DNA of 54,155 bases from a virus (IMGVR_UViG_3300022602_000132:1-54155), one strand, 5' to 3'. Counted from the stretch's first letter, positions 18,568-28,371 are shown. Translations and numbers: made by a program. Notes: generated from the sequence alone by a model not told the origin.

Positions 18568-20064
18568 ATGATATATGTTTCTATATGTTCATACAGGGAT
18601 CCGTTACTACAATCAACAATAAATGATTTATTTGCAAAGGCAGATAATCCAGATAATATATTTGTTGGTTGTTTTATTCAGACTTCAGATAAGTATTCAG
18701 ATCACAACAGCTGCCTAGTTGAAGAAAGAAAAAATCTAAAGTTTGAGATTGGCATTCCTGGAGAAACATTTGGAATAAATATTTGCAGAAATAAAGCCTT
18801 GCAATGGATTGGCTCAGAGCACGAATTCGTTTTTCAAATGGATTCGCACATGAGGTTTAAGCAGGGCTGGGATACAAAGATTATTGAGTCCTATAAGTCT
18901 TTAAATAATGATAAAGCTTTAATAAGCACAACTACTACACCTTGGTATATAAATGAAAACCTTGAAGAGGTATATAATAGTGATGACAACATAATCACTA
19001 TACAAGAATTTAATAATAAGTATGCTGAAGATTGTTTTAAAAAGTTTTATGAATTTATTCCAGAAGGGATAAGTTTTGATGCCAAGTCTGATTTTCATAA
19101 AGGCTGGTATTTATGTGGTCATTATATATTTGGAAAAGCTAATTATTTTATAGAAAATCCTCAAGAAGAGTGGATATTATTTTGGGGCGAAGAATTAATC
19201 AATAGTATTAAGGCATTTATAAATGGCTGGGATGTATATGTTCCAGCTAAAAAATATGCTTACCACATGTTCCCTCAGCATATGACGCATACAAAATTAA
19301 ATAAAATATGGAATGATTTTCCTGAAAACTGGAAGCCAATGCAAATGGAAACCAATAGAAAAATAATTGGTTATTTAAATAGTCTTGATAAAAAAGAAAG
19401 ATCATATGACGATCTTGTAAAAATGCTTGGATATGATATGAGGCAGCTTTTTAATTTATGGTACAATGATGTTGTGCGTGAGGAGAAGAATGTGGATAGC
19501 GAAATAATATTTGAAGAGCTTGCACCAGGAATAATATCTTTTAAAAATGTTTATCCCAGATTAACCAACTTGCTTGAACATGTAATAGAAGCAGAAACAA
19601 AGTGGCTTCCTGCTCAAGTTTTAATAGACAATGCTATTTCTGGAGAAGATTATAGTCAAAGAAATACAGATATGATTCCTATGAGAAGTCAAGAAAATCC
19701 TCATATTATAAATTTTGCAGAGACATTCCATAAAGAAATCTGGCCATACATAGATGCATACCAAAGGCAATATGGTGCACACATAGAGTCAGTAGAAGAG
19801 CCTCAGCTGCTCAGGTACGGAGTCGGACAAGAATTTAAAAATCACATAGACGATCATCCTAAAATAGGAGTTAGAAGAATATCTTTAAGTTATTATCTAA
19901 ACGATGACTATGAAGGAGGAGAAATTCTTTTCCCTCGATTTAATGTTTCTATTAAACCAGAAGCAAATCAGCTAGTAATATTTCCATCAAACTTTGTATT
20001 TAATCATACTGTAATGCCAGTAACAAGTGGTACAAGATATGCGGTAGTTCAGTGGATGTGGTAA
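18568..20064 (+). CDS. Fusion: GT60-like (Skp1-hydroxyproline GlcNAc transferase-like) glycosyltransferase + prolyl 4-hydroxylase-like 2OG-Fe(II) oxygenase
   Basis: N-terminal 'IYVSICSYRD', 'QMDSHMRF..GWD', 'FWGEE', 'GWDVYVP...YH' match the Gnt1/GlcNAc family; C-terminal HID...YLNDDYEGGE...HTVMPVTSGTRY. Confidence 0.8.
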   Translation: MIYVSICSYRDPLLQSTINDLFAKADNPDNIFVGCFIQTSDKYSDHNSCLVEERKNLKFEIGIPGETFGINICRNKALQWIGSEHEFVFQMDSHMRFKQGWDTKIIESYKSLNNDKALISTTTTPWYINENLEEVYNSDDNIITIQEFNNKYAEDCFKKFYEFIPEGISFDAKSDFHKGWYLCGHYIFGKANYFIENPQEEWILFWGEELINSIKAFINGWDVYVPAKKYAYHMFPQHMTHTKLNKIWNDFPENWKPMQMETNRKIIGYLNSLDKKERSYDDLVKMLGYDMRQLFNLWYNDVVREEKNVDSEIIFEELAPGIISFKNVYPRLTNLLEHVIEAETKWLPAQVLIDNAISGEDYSQRNTDMIPMRSQENPHIINFAETFHKEIWPYIDAYQRQYGAHIESVEEPQLLRYGVGQEFKNHIDDHPKIGVRRISLSYYLNDDYEGGEILFPRFNVSIKPEANQLVIFPSNFVFNHTVMPVTSGTRYAVVQWMW

Positions 20065-20616
20065 ATGAATAATGATATAAGGCTTTATGAAAGTTTTTTG
20101 TCAGAAGAAGAATGTAAATATTTTATTGATTTTGCATTGAATTCAAATAATTGGTCTTCTGGAGGTAAAGACTGGGAAGATAGAATTTTGTTTTTCGAGC
20201 ATTTAGATCCCGATAGCCCAGTAAGAGAAAAAGCAATGGTGATTGCTAGTAAAATTAAAGATAAAATAATCAATGATTTTAACATCAGGGATATATGGCC
20301 AGATACAATACATGTTGTAAGGTGGCCAGAAGGCTCCGTGCAAGAACCACATGCCGATTCTGTATGGCAGGACGGCACCCCTAACATATCCTCTTGGAGA
20401 AGCTTTGGATCAATTATTTATCTGAATGATGACTTTGATGGTGGAAAAACTTATTACACTAATTATGAGTATGAGGTTGAACCAAAAATAGGCTCTTTAT
20501 TAATACATTCTGCAAATCTAAAATCAACGCATGGTGTTACTCAGGTAGGTGGCGGGACAAGGTATACAATAGCTTCTTTTTGGACAACAGACGTTTCGAG
20601 AAGTGTAAACGGGTAA
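20065..20616 (+). CDS. 2OG-Fe(II) oxygenase, prolyl hydroxylase-like
   Basis: HAD...YLNDDFDGG...HGVTQVGGGTRYT. Confidence 0.85.
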   Translation: MNNDIRLYESFLSEEECKYFIDFALNSNNWSSGGKDWEDRILFFEHLDPDSPVREKAMVIASKIKDKIINDFNIRDIWPDTIHVVRWPEGSVQEPHADSVWQDGTPNISSWRSFGSIIYLNDDFDGGKTYYTNYEYEVEPKIGSLLIHSANLKSTHGVTQVGGGTRYTIASFWTTDVSRSVNG

Positions 20617-20642
20617 AGGTCATTTGTGATATAATGGTTATT

Positions 20643-21182
20643 ATGAATCCAGTAGTAAGAAAAAATATCTTAAATGAAGATGATTTTTCTGTGCTGCTAA
20701 ATTATATTTCCAGCCATCCAAATATTAAAGATAATAACTATGATGGGTATGGCAGAAAACTAATAGGTGGAAATGGTTCGGGAGTCTTAGAAAGCCTTCA
20801 TAATAAATTAACTGATCTTGCGAGAGAAATATTTCAAAGCAAAACTTTGGTGCCAACATACTCTTTATTTGCAGAGTATTCTGGCAAAGATGTACTTTTA
20901 GATAAGCATACAGATAGTAATGCTTGTACATATACAATTGATTTAGTGGTTTATCAAAATAAACCATGGGGGTTGTGGATTAATAATGAAGAGTATATAG
21001 CTTTTCCTAATGAAGCAATATTTTTTATGGGTGAAGACCAGGAGCACTGGAGAGAAGTGAAGCATAATAATGAAGATGTCCTTGGCGTTGTTTTTTTTCA
21101 TTACGTAGAGCCAGATCATTGGTGGTTTACAAAAGGCCCAGAATATGTTGAAGTGATCAGGAGGAATAAAGGGTATGGATAG
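20643..21182 (+). CDS. 2OG-Fe(II) oxygenase (HxD-x2-AC...HWRE subtype)
   Basis: KHTDSNAC...EHWRE...VFFHY; start placed 7 nt after TGATATAAT (leaderless). Confidence 0.75.
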   Translation: MNPVVRKNILNEDDFSVLLNYISSHPNIKDNNYDGYGRKLIGGNGSGVLESLHNKLTDLAREIFQSKTLVPTYSLFAEYSGKDVLLDKHTDSNACTYTIDLVVYQNKPWGLWINNEEYIAFPNEAIFFMGEDQEHWREVKHNNEDVLGVVFFHYVEPDHWWFTKGPEYVEVIRRNKGYG

Positions 21183-21879
21183 TTTTGAGCCAGCATCAAT
21201 TAAAAATTTTTTACCAGATGACATGTTTGAAAGAGTAAAAGAAAAGGTTCTTTCTAAAAACATGGGTCCACATGGTCCTCATTTTTATCATACTGTGATA
21301 GGACGTTGGCTTACAGATATATCTTTTGATGATGAAATTGAAAGCTTTATTCTGAATAAAGTAAGAGATTATTTTAATGAACCAGACTTGGTAAGAGCTG
21401 GTGTTCATACTGCAAGATATCAAATGCAGAATGGAGTGATTCCTCAATTATGGAAGCATTATGATCAGTCAGCATGCCAGTACTCGCTGGACATCTGCAT
21501 AGACAAAAATTTTGATTGGGGAATTTTTGCGGGTGATAAATATTTTGATGAAGAACCCAATTCTTGCGTAATCTTTAGCGGAAATAATCATATGCATTAT
21601 AGACCAGATTACCCTAGCAGGGATGAAAATGATTATGTAACATTACTATTTATGCAATTTACAAAGCCAGACCATTGGATTTTTGAAGGTGAAGATGCCT
21701 TTAAGAAGTATAGTGCTATGGCTGATTTTAAATTCAGGGAAGACTACGGATATTGGGCGCAGCCAGATTATGAAGGAAGAGAAGTATGTCCATGTTGCGA
21801 TTATCGTAGAGTGTTAGATCATGAAGAAGAATATCAAAAAGGCAAAAGAGCTTCAGACTTTCTAAAGAAAATGGAATAA
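21175..21879 (+). CDS. 2OG-Fe(II) oxygenase, paralogue of 20643..21182
   Basis: KHYDQSAC...HYRP...LFMQF..PDHW. Confidence 0.7.
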   Translation: MDSFEPASIKNFLPDDMFERVKEKVLSKNMGPHGPHFYHTVIGRWLTDISFDDEIESFILNKVRDYFNEPDLVRAGVHTARYQMQNGVIPQLWKHYDQSACQYSLDICIDKNFDWGIFAGDKYFDEEPNSCVIFSGNNHMHYRPDYPSRDENDYVTLLFMQFTKPDHWIFEGEDAFKKYSAMADFKFREDYGYWAQPDYEGREVCPCCDYRRVLDHEEEYQKGKRASDFLKKME

Positions 21880-21880
21880 T

Positions 21881-22255
21881 ATGTTTAAGAAAAAAATAAA
21901 AAAACAATATAACCCTATTGTTCCAAGTGGGCTAATTGCACATACGGAAAAAGGTTATTTTTATATCAAGGGAAATAAAAGGTTTAAGTTTGTTTCTGAT
22001 AAAGCCATGAATTCATGGTCTTTGCCAATTGTTGAAACCTCAGAAGTTTCTTTAGTTGGATTTTCATCGGCGGGAGTGTTAGGTTTTCGTGATGGCAGTT
22101 TGATTAATGACATCTCTGATGGTAGAATATATCTTATAAGCGATTCAAAACGTCGTCACATAGTTGATCCAGACGTGCTAGAATGGCTTGATAGTGAAAT
22201 CATCAAGGTAGGGCAAAAAGAAATTTTTGTTCATCCAGAGGGAGAAAAACTATAA
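21881..22255 (+). CDS. Hypothetical protein with internal duplication
   Basis: Two similar halves (YFYIKGNKR / IYLISDSKRR). Confidence 0.55.
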   Translation: MFKKKIKKQYNPIVPSGLIAHTEKGYFYIKGNKRFKFVSDKAMNSWSLPIVETSEVSLVGFSSAGVLGFRDGSLINDISDGRIYLISDSKRRHIVDPDVLEWLDSEIIKVGQKEIFVHPEGEKL

Positions 22256-22256
22256 C

Positions 22257-22517
22257 ATGTATCAGCCTATCAAGTTTTGGACAAAGCGTGATAGGAAGAT
22301 CGGTAAAGAAGGGTATGTGCTGGTAAAAGTTCCAGAACATCCAAAGAATTTTAAAGGCTGGTATTATGAGCACCGCCTAATAATTGAAAAACAAGTAAAT
22401 AGGATAATAGAAGATTGGGAAACTGTTCATCATATCAATCATGATAAAACGGATAACAGATTAATCAATCTTTTTCTGTGTTCAAGAATAGAACATAATA
22501 AAGCTCACGCAGCTTGA
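22257..22517 (+). CDS. HNH endonuclease (HNH_3-type)
   Basis: 'YEHRLI...VHHINHDKTDNRLINL...EHNKAH'. Confidence 0.8.
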   Translation: MYQPIKFWTKRDRKIGKEGYVLVKVPEHPKNFKGWYYEHRLIIEKQVNRIIEDWETVHHINHDKTDNRLINLFLCSRIEHNKAHAA

Positions 22518-22543
22518 CAAAATCAAACAAGTAGCAGTACAAT
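22514..22543 (+). promoter_or_regulatory. Sigma70-type promoter
   Basis: TTGACA-N18-TACAAT, AAGGA SD downstream. Confidence 0.65.
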
Positions 22544-22568
22544 ATACTAAACCTAAACAAAGGATTCT

Positions 22569-23372
22569 ATGAGTAACGACTTAAAGTGGATGCTATCATC
22601 TGATCAGCAATTCCCGTATCAAGATGATAAGGCCATTGAACTGTGGTTCAAGGTTATGAAGTGGATGAAGCCAGATGTTGTTGACTATCTAGGTGACACA
22701 GATGACCAAGCATGCTATAGCAAATATACGGAGGGACGTTCAGCAGAATTCCTTCAATTACATAAGAATGATAGCAAAGATCTTATTGTTCCTATGATGA
22801 GACATGAAGCAAAAGGTGCAAGAGATTTCTATGCTAAGACAAGAGAGATGCTTCCAAATGCACAATTGTTTTCAGCTTTAGGAAATCATGATATCCGAAT
22901 CTTTGATTATCTTGATAAAAAGCTTCCAGAATATCTTTCTGAAGTTACACCAGAGTCCCTTTGGTCATTAGATTCACTTGGGTACGATTATATTTATTAT
23001 AATGAATTGCCTAAGCATCGTTTTGGAGATATCCATGTTCATCATGGACTTTCAATTGCAGATACGGGTGCAGTTAGAAAAGATATTGATGATTTACAGA
23101 TTTCTTTAATTAGAGGTCATTCACATAGAATAGCCTCACATTTTCAAACTTATGAGTTGCCAGTTGCAACTAATGGAAGAACAATCCGTGGATATGAAAT
23201 TGGTCATATGTGCGATGAAAAAAGTGATGGTATGAAGTATGCCACTAACCACAACTGGCAAAAAGGTTTCGCAGTCGCAACAATTGAGAATGGACAACAT
23301 CCTCATGTGCAGATTGTGGAAATTTCCCCTAACTACACTTGTGTAGTTGATGGAAAACTATTTAGTCTATAA
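22569..23372 (+). CDS. Calcineurin-like metallophosphoesterase
   Basis: SDQQ, LGDTDD, GNHD, HHG, GHSH motifs. Confidence 0.85.
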   Translation: MSNDLKWMLSSDQQFPYQDDKAIELWFKVMKWMKPDVVDYLGDTDDQACYSKYTEGRSAEFLQLHKNDSKDLIVPMMRHEAKGARDFYAKTREMLPNAQLFSALGNHDIRIFDYLDKKLPEYLSEVTPESLWSLDSLGYDYIYYNELPKHRFGDIHVHHGLSIADTGAVRKDIDDLQISLIRGHSHRIASHFQTYELPVATNGRTIRGYEIGHMCDEKSDGMKYATNHNWQKGFAVATIENGQHPHVQIVEISPNYTCVVDGKLFSL

Positions 23373-23382
23373 AGGAGACAAA

Positions 23383-23679
23383 ATGAAGATAACAAATTCG
23401 GAGAAGGCTCTAGTAGAGCACTACGTATATGCAACAGCATCAGCAGCAGTCATTCTTTGGCAGCGTGGTGGTGTAGCAAACCATAACCTCAAGCATGTTG
23501 CATTTGCAGCACTGTATGGTGTTATTGGACCAGTTCTTGCAAAGGTTAACCCTCGTGGTTTGGTTGCAAAGCTTACTAAGCAGGAGCATTTGTCTGCACC
23601 AGAGGCAGCAGTACTTACTAATGTTGTAGCAACAGCACAGTCAGATGCTGAAAAGGCACTTGCAAAGGCAGCTAAGTAA
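23383..23679 (+). CDS. Small membrane protein, possible holin
   Basis: AAGGAG SD; two hydrophobic segments followed by 'NP' and a charged tail. Confidence 0.45.
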   Translation: MKITNSEKALVEHYVYATASAAVILWQRGGVANHNLKHVAFAALYGVIGPVLAKVNPRGLVAKLTKQEHLSAPEAAVLTNVVATAQSDAEKALAKAAK

Positions 23680-23694
23680 TTAGATAATTAGATA

Positions 23695-23880
23695 ATGCTT
23701 AATTGTAAAAAATGCAGTGGCCGAGTATTTATAGATAGAGTTTATTCTCAAAATCTAAGAATAGAGCTGTTCTGCATTATGTGTGGTAAGAGATGGATGG
23801 TTAAGAGAGATACTAGGTTCGGTACATGGCTAGCAAAAAGAGAGCAAGCAGTTCAACTGGGTTACGGTATTTCTATTTAA
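23695..23880 (+). CDS. Small zinc-ribbon protein
   Basis: CKKC...CIMCG. Confidence 0.6.
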   Translation: MLNCKKCSGRVFIDRVYSQNLRIELFCIMCGKRWMVKRDTRFGTWLAKREQAVQLGYGISI

Positions 23881-24341
23881 ACGGAGTGCTGCATAGAGTC
23901 CTTAGACGTTCTCGTGCAGAAGACCTTCTCATCGCTTGGGACTACAAAAACGAAAAGCGTGTTGCTTATAATTTAACAGATGTTAATAAAAATAAGCAAC
24001 ATGCTTATCCCATATCGCAAGTGGTAAAAATTATCGGTAAGCATGAGGATACAATTAATCTTCATATGAGGCGTGGTAATTTAAAGTACCCACAAAGATC
24101 TTATTCTTTAAATGGAAATAAAACTCCAGGAAAATATTTTTGGAGTGAAGATGACATTCGGGAGATGCATGATTTTTTTAAAACAGTTCATAGGGGCAGG
24201 CCTAGAATTGATGGCGGTGTTACACCTGGCAATATGCCATCGAGAGCCGAACTAGAAGCTATAATTAAACAAGAAAACATTTTGTACATAAAAAACAACG
24301 ATGGGGATTTTGTCCCAGTTTGGAAGCAACCTGAATGGTAG
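23826..24341 (+). CDS. Putative HTH DNA-binding protein
   Basis: 'YPISQVVKIIGKHEDTI' MerR/excisionase-like HTH; 'WSEDDI'. Confidence 0.5.
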   Translation: MASKKRASSSTGLRYFYLNGVLHRVLRRSRAEDLLIAWDYKNEKRVAYNLTDVNKNKQHAYPISQVVKIIGKHEDTINLHMRRGNLKYPQRSYSLNGNKTPGKYFWSEDDIREMHDFFKTVHRGRPRIDGGVTPGNMPSRAELEAIIKQENILYIKNNDGDFVPVWKQPEW

Positions 24342-24565
24342 ATAAAAAAGTAAATAAAGAAGCAAAGCATGTTCTTGATCAAGCTTTGCGTGTGTTAGAA
24401 TTCACAATGGATATGGCTGTACAAAAGCAGGACATTGATGCTATGATAGGTATATCCGACAGGTTGATGATTTTGTACCAGCATTTATCTGAGGGTGATG
24501 TAAAAAAGTTTAAGCCAGGATTTGCTATGATGCATAAGGAAGAAGTACAGGATGAATCAGACTAA
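24335..24565 (+). CDS. Hypothetical protein
   Basis: Translationally coupled ORF in operon. Confidence 0.55.
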   Translation: MVDKKVNKEAKHVLDQALRVLEFTMDMAVQKQDIDAMIGISDRLMILYQHLSEGDVKKFKPGFAMMHKEEVQDESD

Positions 24566-24767
24566 CGTTAAGGTTGATTTGCAATTTACTCGTAACCTAG
24601 GTAACTATGAAAGTTTAAAGGTCGGGATTGGCATTGAAGATTTTAAGCGTGATGGTGAAACCATTGATGAAGCAACAGATAGAGTTTATGCTTTTGTTGA
24701 AAAAAAGTTAATGGAAAAGGTAAATGAGATTGAAGCAGAGTTGAATTCGAATAAGGCAAAGAAATGA
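24552..24767 (+). CDS. Conserved-type phage hypothetical protein
   Basis: 'TRNLGNYESLKV' motif, common in small phage proteins near helicases. Confidence 0.6.
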   Translation: MNQTNVKVDLQFTRNLGNYESLKVGIGIEDFKRDGETIDEATDRVYAFVEKKLMEKVNEIEAELNSNKAKK

Positions 24768-25096
24768 CAAAAGACGAAGCAAAAGAAGCCTATGGATTAG
24801 TAGGACTTTTTTGTGCTCTTTATAAAGAAAAGTATAAGAAGGTCCCAGTAGTAAATAAGTATCGTGAAAAGTGGGCCATGAAAGATGTCATTGATAGTGT
24901 TGGATACGAAAGAGCAAAACAGCTTTTAGAACAATATTTTAAATTAAATAAATCAGATCATAATCTCACTTGGTTCTTCTACAACTTTGACAAGATTGAT
25001 TCCGCTTTGGTAGAATCAGAAAAGGATAAAGCTCGTAGAGAATTAATTATTAAGCAAACGGAATTAATGGTTAAAGAAAGAGATAATGAACACTGA
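24764..25096 (+). CDS. Hypothetical protein (possible helicase loader)
   Basis: Overlaps and precedes the DnaB-like helicase. Confidence 0.5.
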   Translation: MTKDEAKEAYGLVGLFCALYKEKYKKVPVVNKYREKWAMKDVIDSVGYERAKQLLEQYFKLNKSDHNLTWFFYNFDKIDSALVESEKDKARRELIIKQTELMVKERDNEH

Positions 25097-26312
25097 ATCA
25101 GCGGTAATCACAGCGGTATGCGAGAACAAAGATATTTCTACTGTTCTTGCTGATAATATTGATGAGGTATTCACATCTCATAGAGATGTTTGGGAAGGCC
25201 TAAAATCATATTATTTGAAGTTCAAGGCTGTTCCAGATATCTCTGTTCTTACCGAGCGGTTTAAAGATTTTGAACCAGTTAAGGTAAAAGGCGAGACTGC
25301 ATATTACCTTGATCAACTTAAGAATGAATATCTAGCAGGTAGAATCAGAAACCTTCTGTTGACTACTGGTGCTAGTTTAAAGACAGAAGCATCTGCAAGA
25401 GTTATTGGTGAGATGCAAAAAGAACTTACGACATTAGGAAGATTGACAGCTAATGTAAGAGATATTGATTTGACTGACTATAAGCTTGCGGAAAAGCATT
25501 TTGAAGCGGTTAGAACACGTTCGGATGCCATGGGTGGTAGTCCAGGAATTATGACTGGCTTTAAGGCTATTGACTACGCATACCCCACAGGAATGGCTCC
25601 AGGACACCTTATAGTCATGATTGGTTGGCCAGGTAAGGGTAAGACTTGGTTCTCCTCTTATTTGGCTTGTAAGGCTTGGGAGCAGGGTTTTAAGCCTATG
25701 ATTATCTCTCTTGAGATGACTCCTGAGAATATGCGTGACCGTATCTATACAATGCTCGGCTCTGGGCTATTTAAGTCTTCAGATTTTTCTCGGGGTAGCG
25801 TTGATATAGCAGAATTTGATGACTGGGGGTCTAAGAAGTTCCTAGACAAGAATGGGTTTATACTAGTTTCAAATGAAGGTTCTGGTGTAGTAAGTCCTAC
25901 AACAGTTCAAGCTAAAATTGATCAACATAAACCAGACTTGGTTATCTTGGATTATCATCAGTTGTTTGTTGATTCAAATAACTCAAAAGCACCAACTGAA
26001 AGAAACATGAATATCTCTCGTGAATTTAAGATGCTTGCTATGAGAAATAATATTCCTATTATTGATATTACTGCAGCAACGGCAGAGGAAACATCAGACC
26101 ATGATGCACCACCAATGCTAAATCAAGTTGCTTGGTCAAAGGCTATTGAGTATGATGCTGATATGGCTATTGCAATTCACAAAAACCCTGATTCAAATAT
26201 CATGGAAATTGTTAGTAGAAAGAACCGTCATGGTACAGAATTCGGTATGTATCTAGATTGGGATCTAAACAGAGGTATTGTTAAAGAGGTTTACGACATA
26301 CCTGTGGGTTGA
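25086..26312 (+). CDS. dnaB: DnaB-like replicative helicase
   Basis: Walker A GWPGKGKT, SLEM, ILDYHQL, IEYDAD, KNRHG. Confidence 0.92.
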   Translation: MNTESAVITAVCENKDISTVLADNIDEVFTSHRDVWEGLKSYYLKFKAVPDISVLTERFKDFEPVKVKGETAYYLDQLKNEYLAGRIRNLLLTTGASLKTEASARVIGEMQKELTTLGRLTANVRDIDLTDYKLAEKHFEAVRTRSDAMGGSPGIMTGFKAIDYAYPTGMAPGHLIVMIGWPGKGKTWFSSYLACKAWEQGFKPMIISLEMTPENMRDRIYTMLGSGLFKSSDFSRGSVDIAEFDDWGSKKFLDKNGFILVSNEGSGVVSPTTVQAKIDQHKPDLVILDYHQLFVDSNNSKAPTERNMNISREFKMLAMRNNIPIIDITAATAEETSDHDAPPMLNQVAWSKAIEYDADMAIAIHKNPDSNIMEIVSRKNRHGTEFGMYLDWDLNRGIVKEVYDIPVG

Positions 26313-26364
26313 TTTATGTAATCAATCTATAACTTGATATAATTATCAGGAAAGATTGGTGATC

Positions 26365-26646
26365 ATGTACCCACGAAAAATACATGACTTTTGGATAAAT
26401 GGAACCATCAAAGATGACTCCAAGCTCCGAAGCTCAAGGGAGAACTATGAAAGACTTTTGGTCCAGCAGATGCGAGACAAAGGTTATGTTCCAGTTCTTG
26501 ACATACAGCCACAATTTAATATAAAATATAATCACGAGAAAGATCACTATACTTTCAATTTAGTTTTGTACGGCATGTACCTAGGCAAAGCTAAGGCGTT
26601 GATATACGAAGGTTTTTCTGGTCAGAGTTTAATACCAAGAGGATAA
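26365..26646 (+). CDS. Hypothetical protein
   Basis: ORF between helicase and primase; TGATATAAT and GGTGA upstream. Confidence 0.55.
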   Translation: MYPRKIHDFWINGTIKDDSKLRSSRENYERLLVQQMRDKGYVPVLDIQPQFNIKYNHEKDHYTFNLVLYGMYLGKAKALIYEGFSGQSLIPRG

Positions 26647-26648
26647 AA

Positions 26649-27611
26649 ATGGCAGACACATACACTAAAGCGGATCTCCGCTCTATTTTGCGTTCTTGTA
26701 ATATAGAGATTATTTCTCAAACAGGAACAGACTTTCTTTGCTTATGCCCGTTCCATCATAATACAGATTCTCCAGCATTTGCAGCAAGTTATTCCAAAGG
26801 CCTATATGTTTGCTACAATCAAAATTGTAATGCAGCTGGAACGATACTAGATTTAGTTGTAAAATTAACTGGCAGAAATACTTTTGAAGCAATGCGTTTT
26901 ATATCTTCAAATAAAATGTCTGATGCAGAGTTGCTTGAAGAAGAGTTGAAAGAATTGTTGGATGAAAAACCAGAATTTGAAGAATTTTCAGAAGAGACAT
27001 TGGTTAAACTATACAATGGGCTTTTGGCAAATGAAAAAGCTAAAGATTACTTTGCTTCTCGCAAAATTAATTTCAGTTCCATAGCACATTTCTCTTTGGG
27101 TTATTCGGAAAATATGAATATGGTGACTGTTCCACTGCATAGCCCAGACGGCATTCCCGTTGGGGTTATTGGTCGTTCAATAGAAGGAAAGTCTTTCAAG
27201 AATAGCCCTAACTTGCCACGCAACAAAACCATGTTCAATCTACATAGAGCAAAACGAGAAGGCGGGACTATTATTGTAGTTGAGTCTAGTTTTGATGCTA
27301 TCCGTTTATGGCAGGCGGGATTCCCAAATGCTGTGGCTACGTTAGGTGGGAGTATATCGGATACTAACATTAATCATTTAAATAAATATGCATCAACTAT
27401 TATTATTATGACAGATAATGATAGGGCGGGCAGAGCATTAGGTGAAACTATTGCTAATAAATTAAAGAATAAAAATGTATTGTGGGCACGTTATGATAGT
27501 TTAAATATGTATCCACATGATGCAAAAGATGTGGGCGATCTCACAGATGAAGAAATAAAGCAATGTATAAAGAATGCTATCCCGCATTTTGAATACGCTA
27601 ATATTGACTAG
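26649..27611 (+). CDS. dnaG: DNA primase (CHC2 zinc finger + TOPRIM)
   Basis: CPFH...C..C, 'VVESSFDA', 'ATLG', 'DNDRAG', 'KDVGD'. Confidence 0.9.
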   Translation: MADTYTKADLRSILRSCNIEIISQTGTDFLCLCPFHHNTDSPAFAASYSKGLYVCYNQNCNAAGTILDLVVKLTGRNTFEAMRFISSNKMSDAELLEEELKELLDEKPEFEEFSEETLVKLYNGLLANEKAKDYFASRKINFSSIAHFSLGYSENMNMVTVPLHSPDGIPVGVIGRSIEGKSFKNSPNLPRNKTMFNLHRAKREGGTIIVVESSFDAIRLWQAGFPNAVATLGGSISDTNINHLNKYASTIIIMTDNDRAGRALGETIANKLKNKNVLWARYDSLNMYPHDAKDVGDLTDEEIKQCIKNAIPHFEYANID

Positions 27612-27637
27612 ACAAAACCAATATTGGGTGCTATAAT
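27609..27637 (+). promoter_or_regulatory. Sigma70-type promoter for ssb-dnaE
   Basis: TAGACA-N17-TATAAT with TGn. Confidence 0.6.
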
Positions 27638-27681
27638 AAAGACACAGGACAAGTTAGAGTCCATTACACTAAGGAGAATAT

Positions 27682-28371
27682 ATGGGTATCGTAAGAGGCC
27701 TTAATGCACTAAATCAACAAATGGAAAAATCAGAGTATTCAGGCGATGGCCAAAAGGGTACTTGGTTAAAGATTAATGATGGTCAATCTGTAAAGATTCG
27801 TTTTATGCAAGAGATTGATCCAAACTCACCAAACTACAATGAAAAAGCAGGAACTGCTTTTATTGCTGTTGAGCACACAAATCCAGATCACTACCAACGC
27901 AAGGCACTTTGTTCTATTGAAGACCAAGGTCGTTGCTTTGGATGTGAGATGCATCGTCGTGACCCAAAGGCAAAGTGGGGCGGTAAGAAGCGTTTTTATG
28001 CAAATGTAATTGTAGATGATGGTTCTAAGGATCCATATGTTGCAATCCTTTCACAAGGCCTAGGGCCAAAGGCAATCACAGAATCTGTCATTGCTTGGGC
28101 TGGAGAAACTGGAAGTATTACAAATACAAACTGGAAGGTAAAGCGTACTGGTAGCGGTGCAACCGACACTAGCTATTCAGCAATTCCTCTTCCAACTGCA
28201 AGTGTTGAGCCAATTGATTTAGATAAGTACGAAATGTTTGATCTTGAAAAGACAGCAGTTCGTGATGTGCCTTATGCAGAGCAAGAGGCATTTTATTTTG
28301 GAACATCAACTGATTCAGCATTATCAAATACGGGATCTTCTGCTGAAACTTCATCAGCAGTTGAATGGTAA
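27682..28371 (+). CDS. Single-stranded DNA-binding protein (gp32-like)
   Basis: 'WLKINDGQSVKIRF', H/C-C-C zinc ligands, 'KRTGSGATDTSY', acidic C-terminal tail ending W. Confidence 0.7.
   Translation: MGIVRGLNALNQQMEKSEYSGDGQKGTWLKINDGQSVKIRFMQEIDPNSPNYNEKAGTAFIAVEHTNPDHYQRKALCSIEDQGRCFGCEMHRRDPKAKWGGKKRFYANVIVDDGSKDPYVAILSQGLGPKAITESVIAWAGETGSITNTNWKVKRTGSGATDTSYSAIPLPTASVEPIDLDKYEMFDLEKTAVRDVPYAEQEAFYFGTSTDSALSNTGSSAETSSAVEW

Noticed and set aside
27647-27662. GGAC/GTCC hairpin upstream of ssb as a gp32-like autoregulatory element
   Set aside because: Only a 4-bp stem; no second pairing can be supported.
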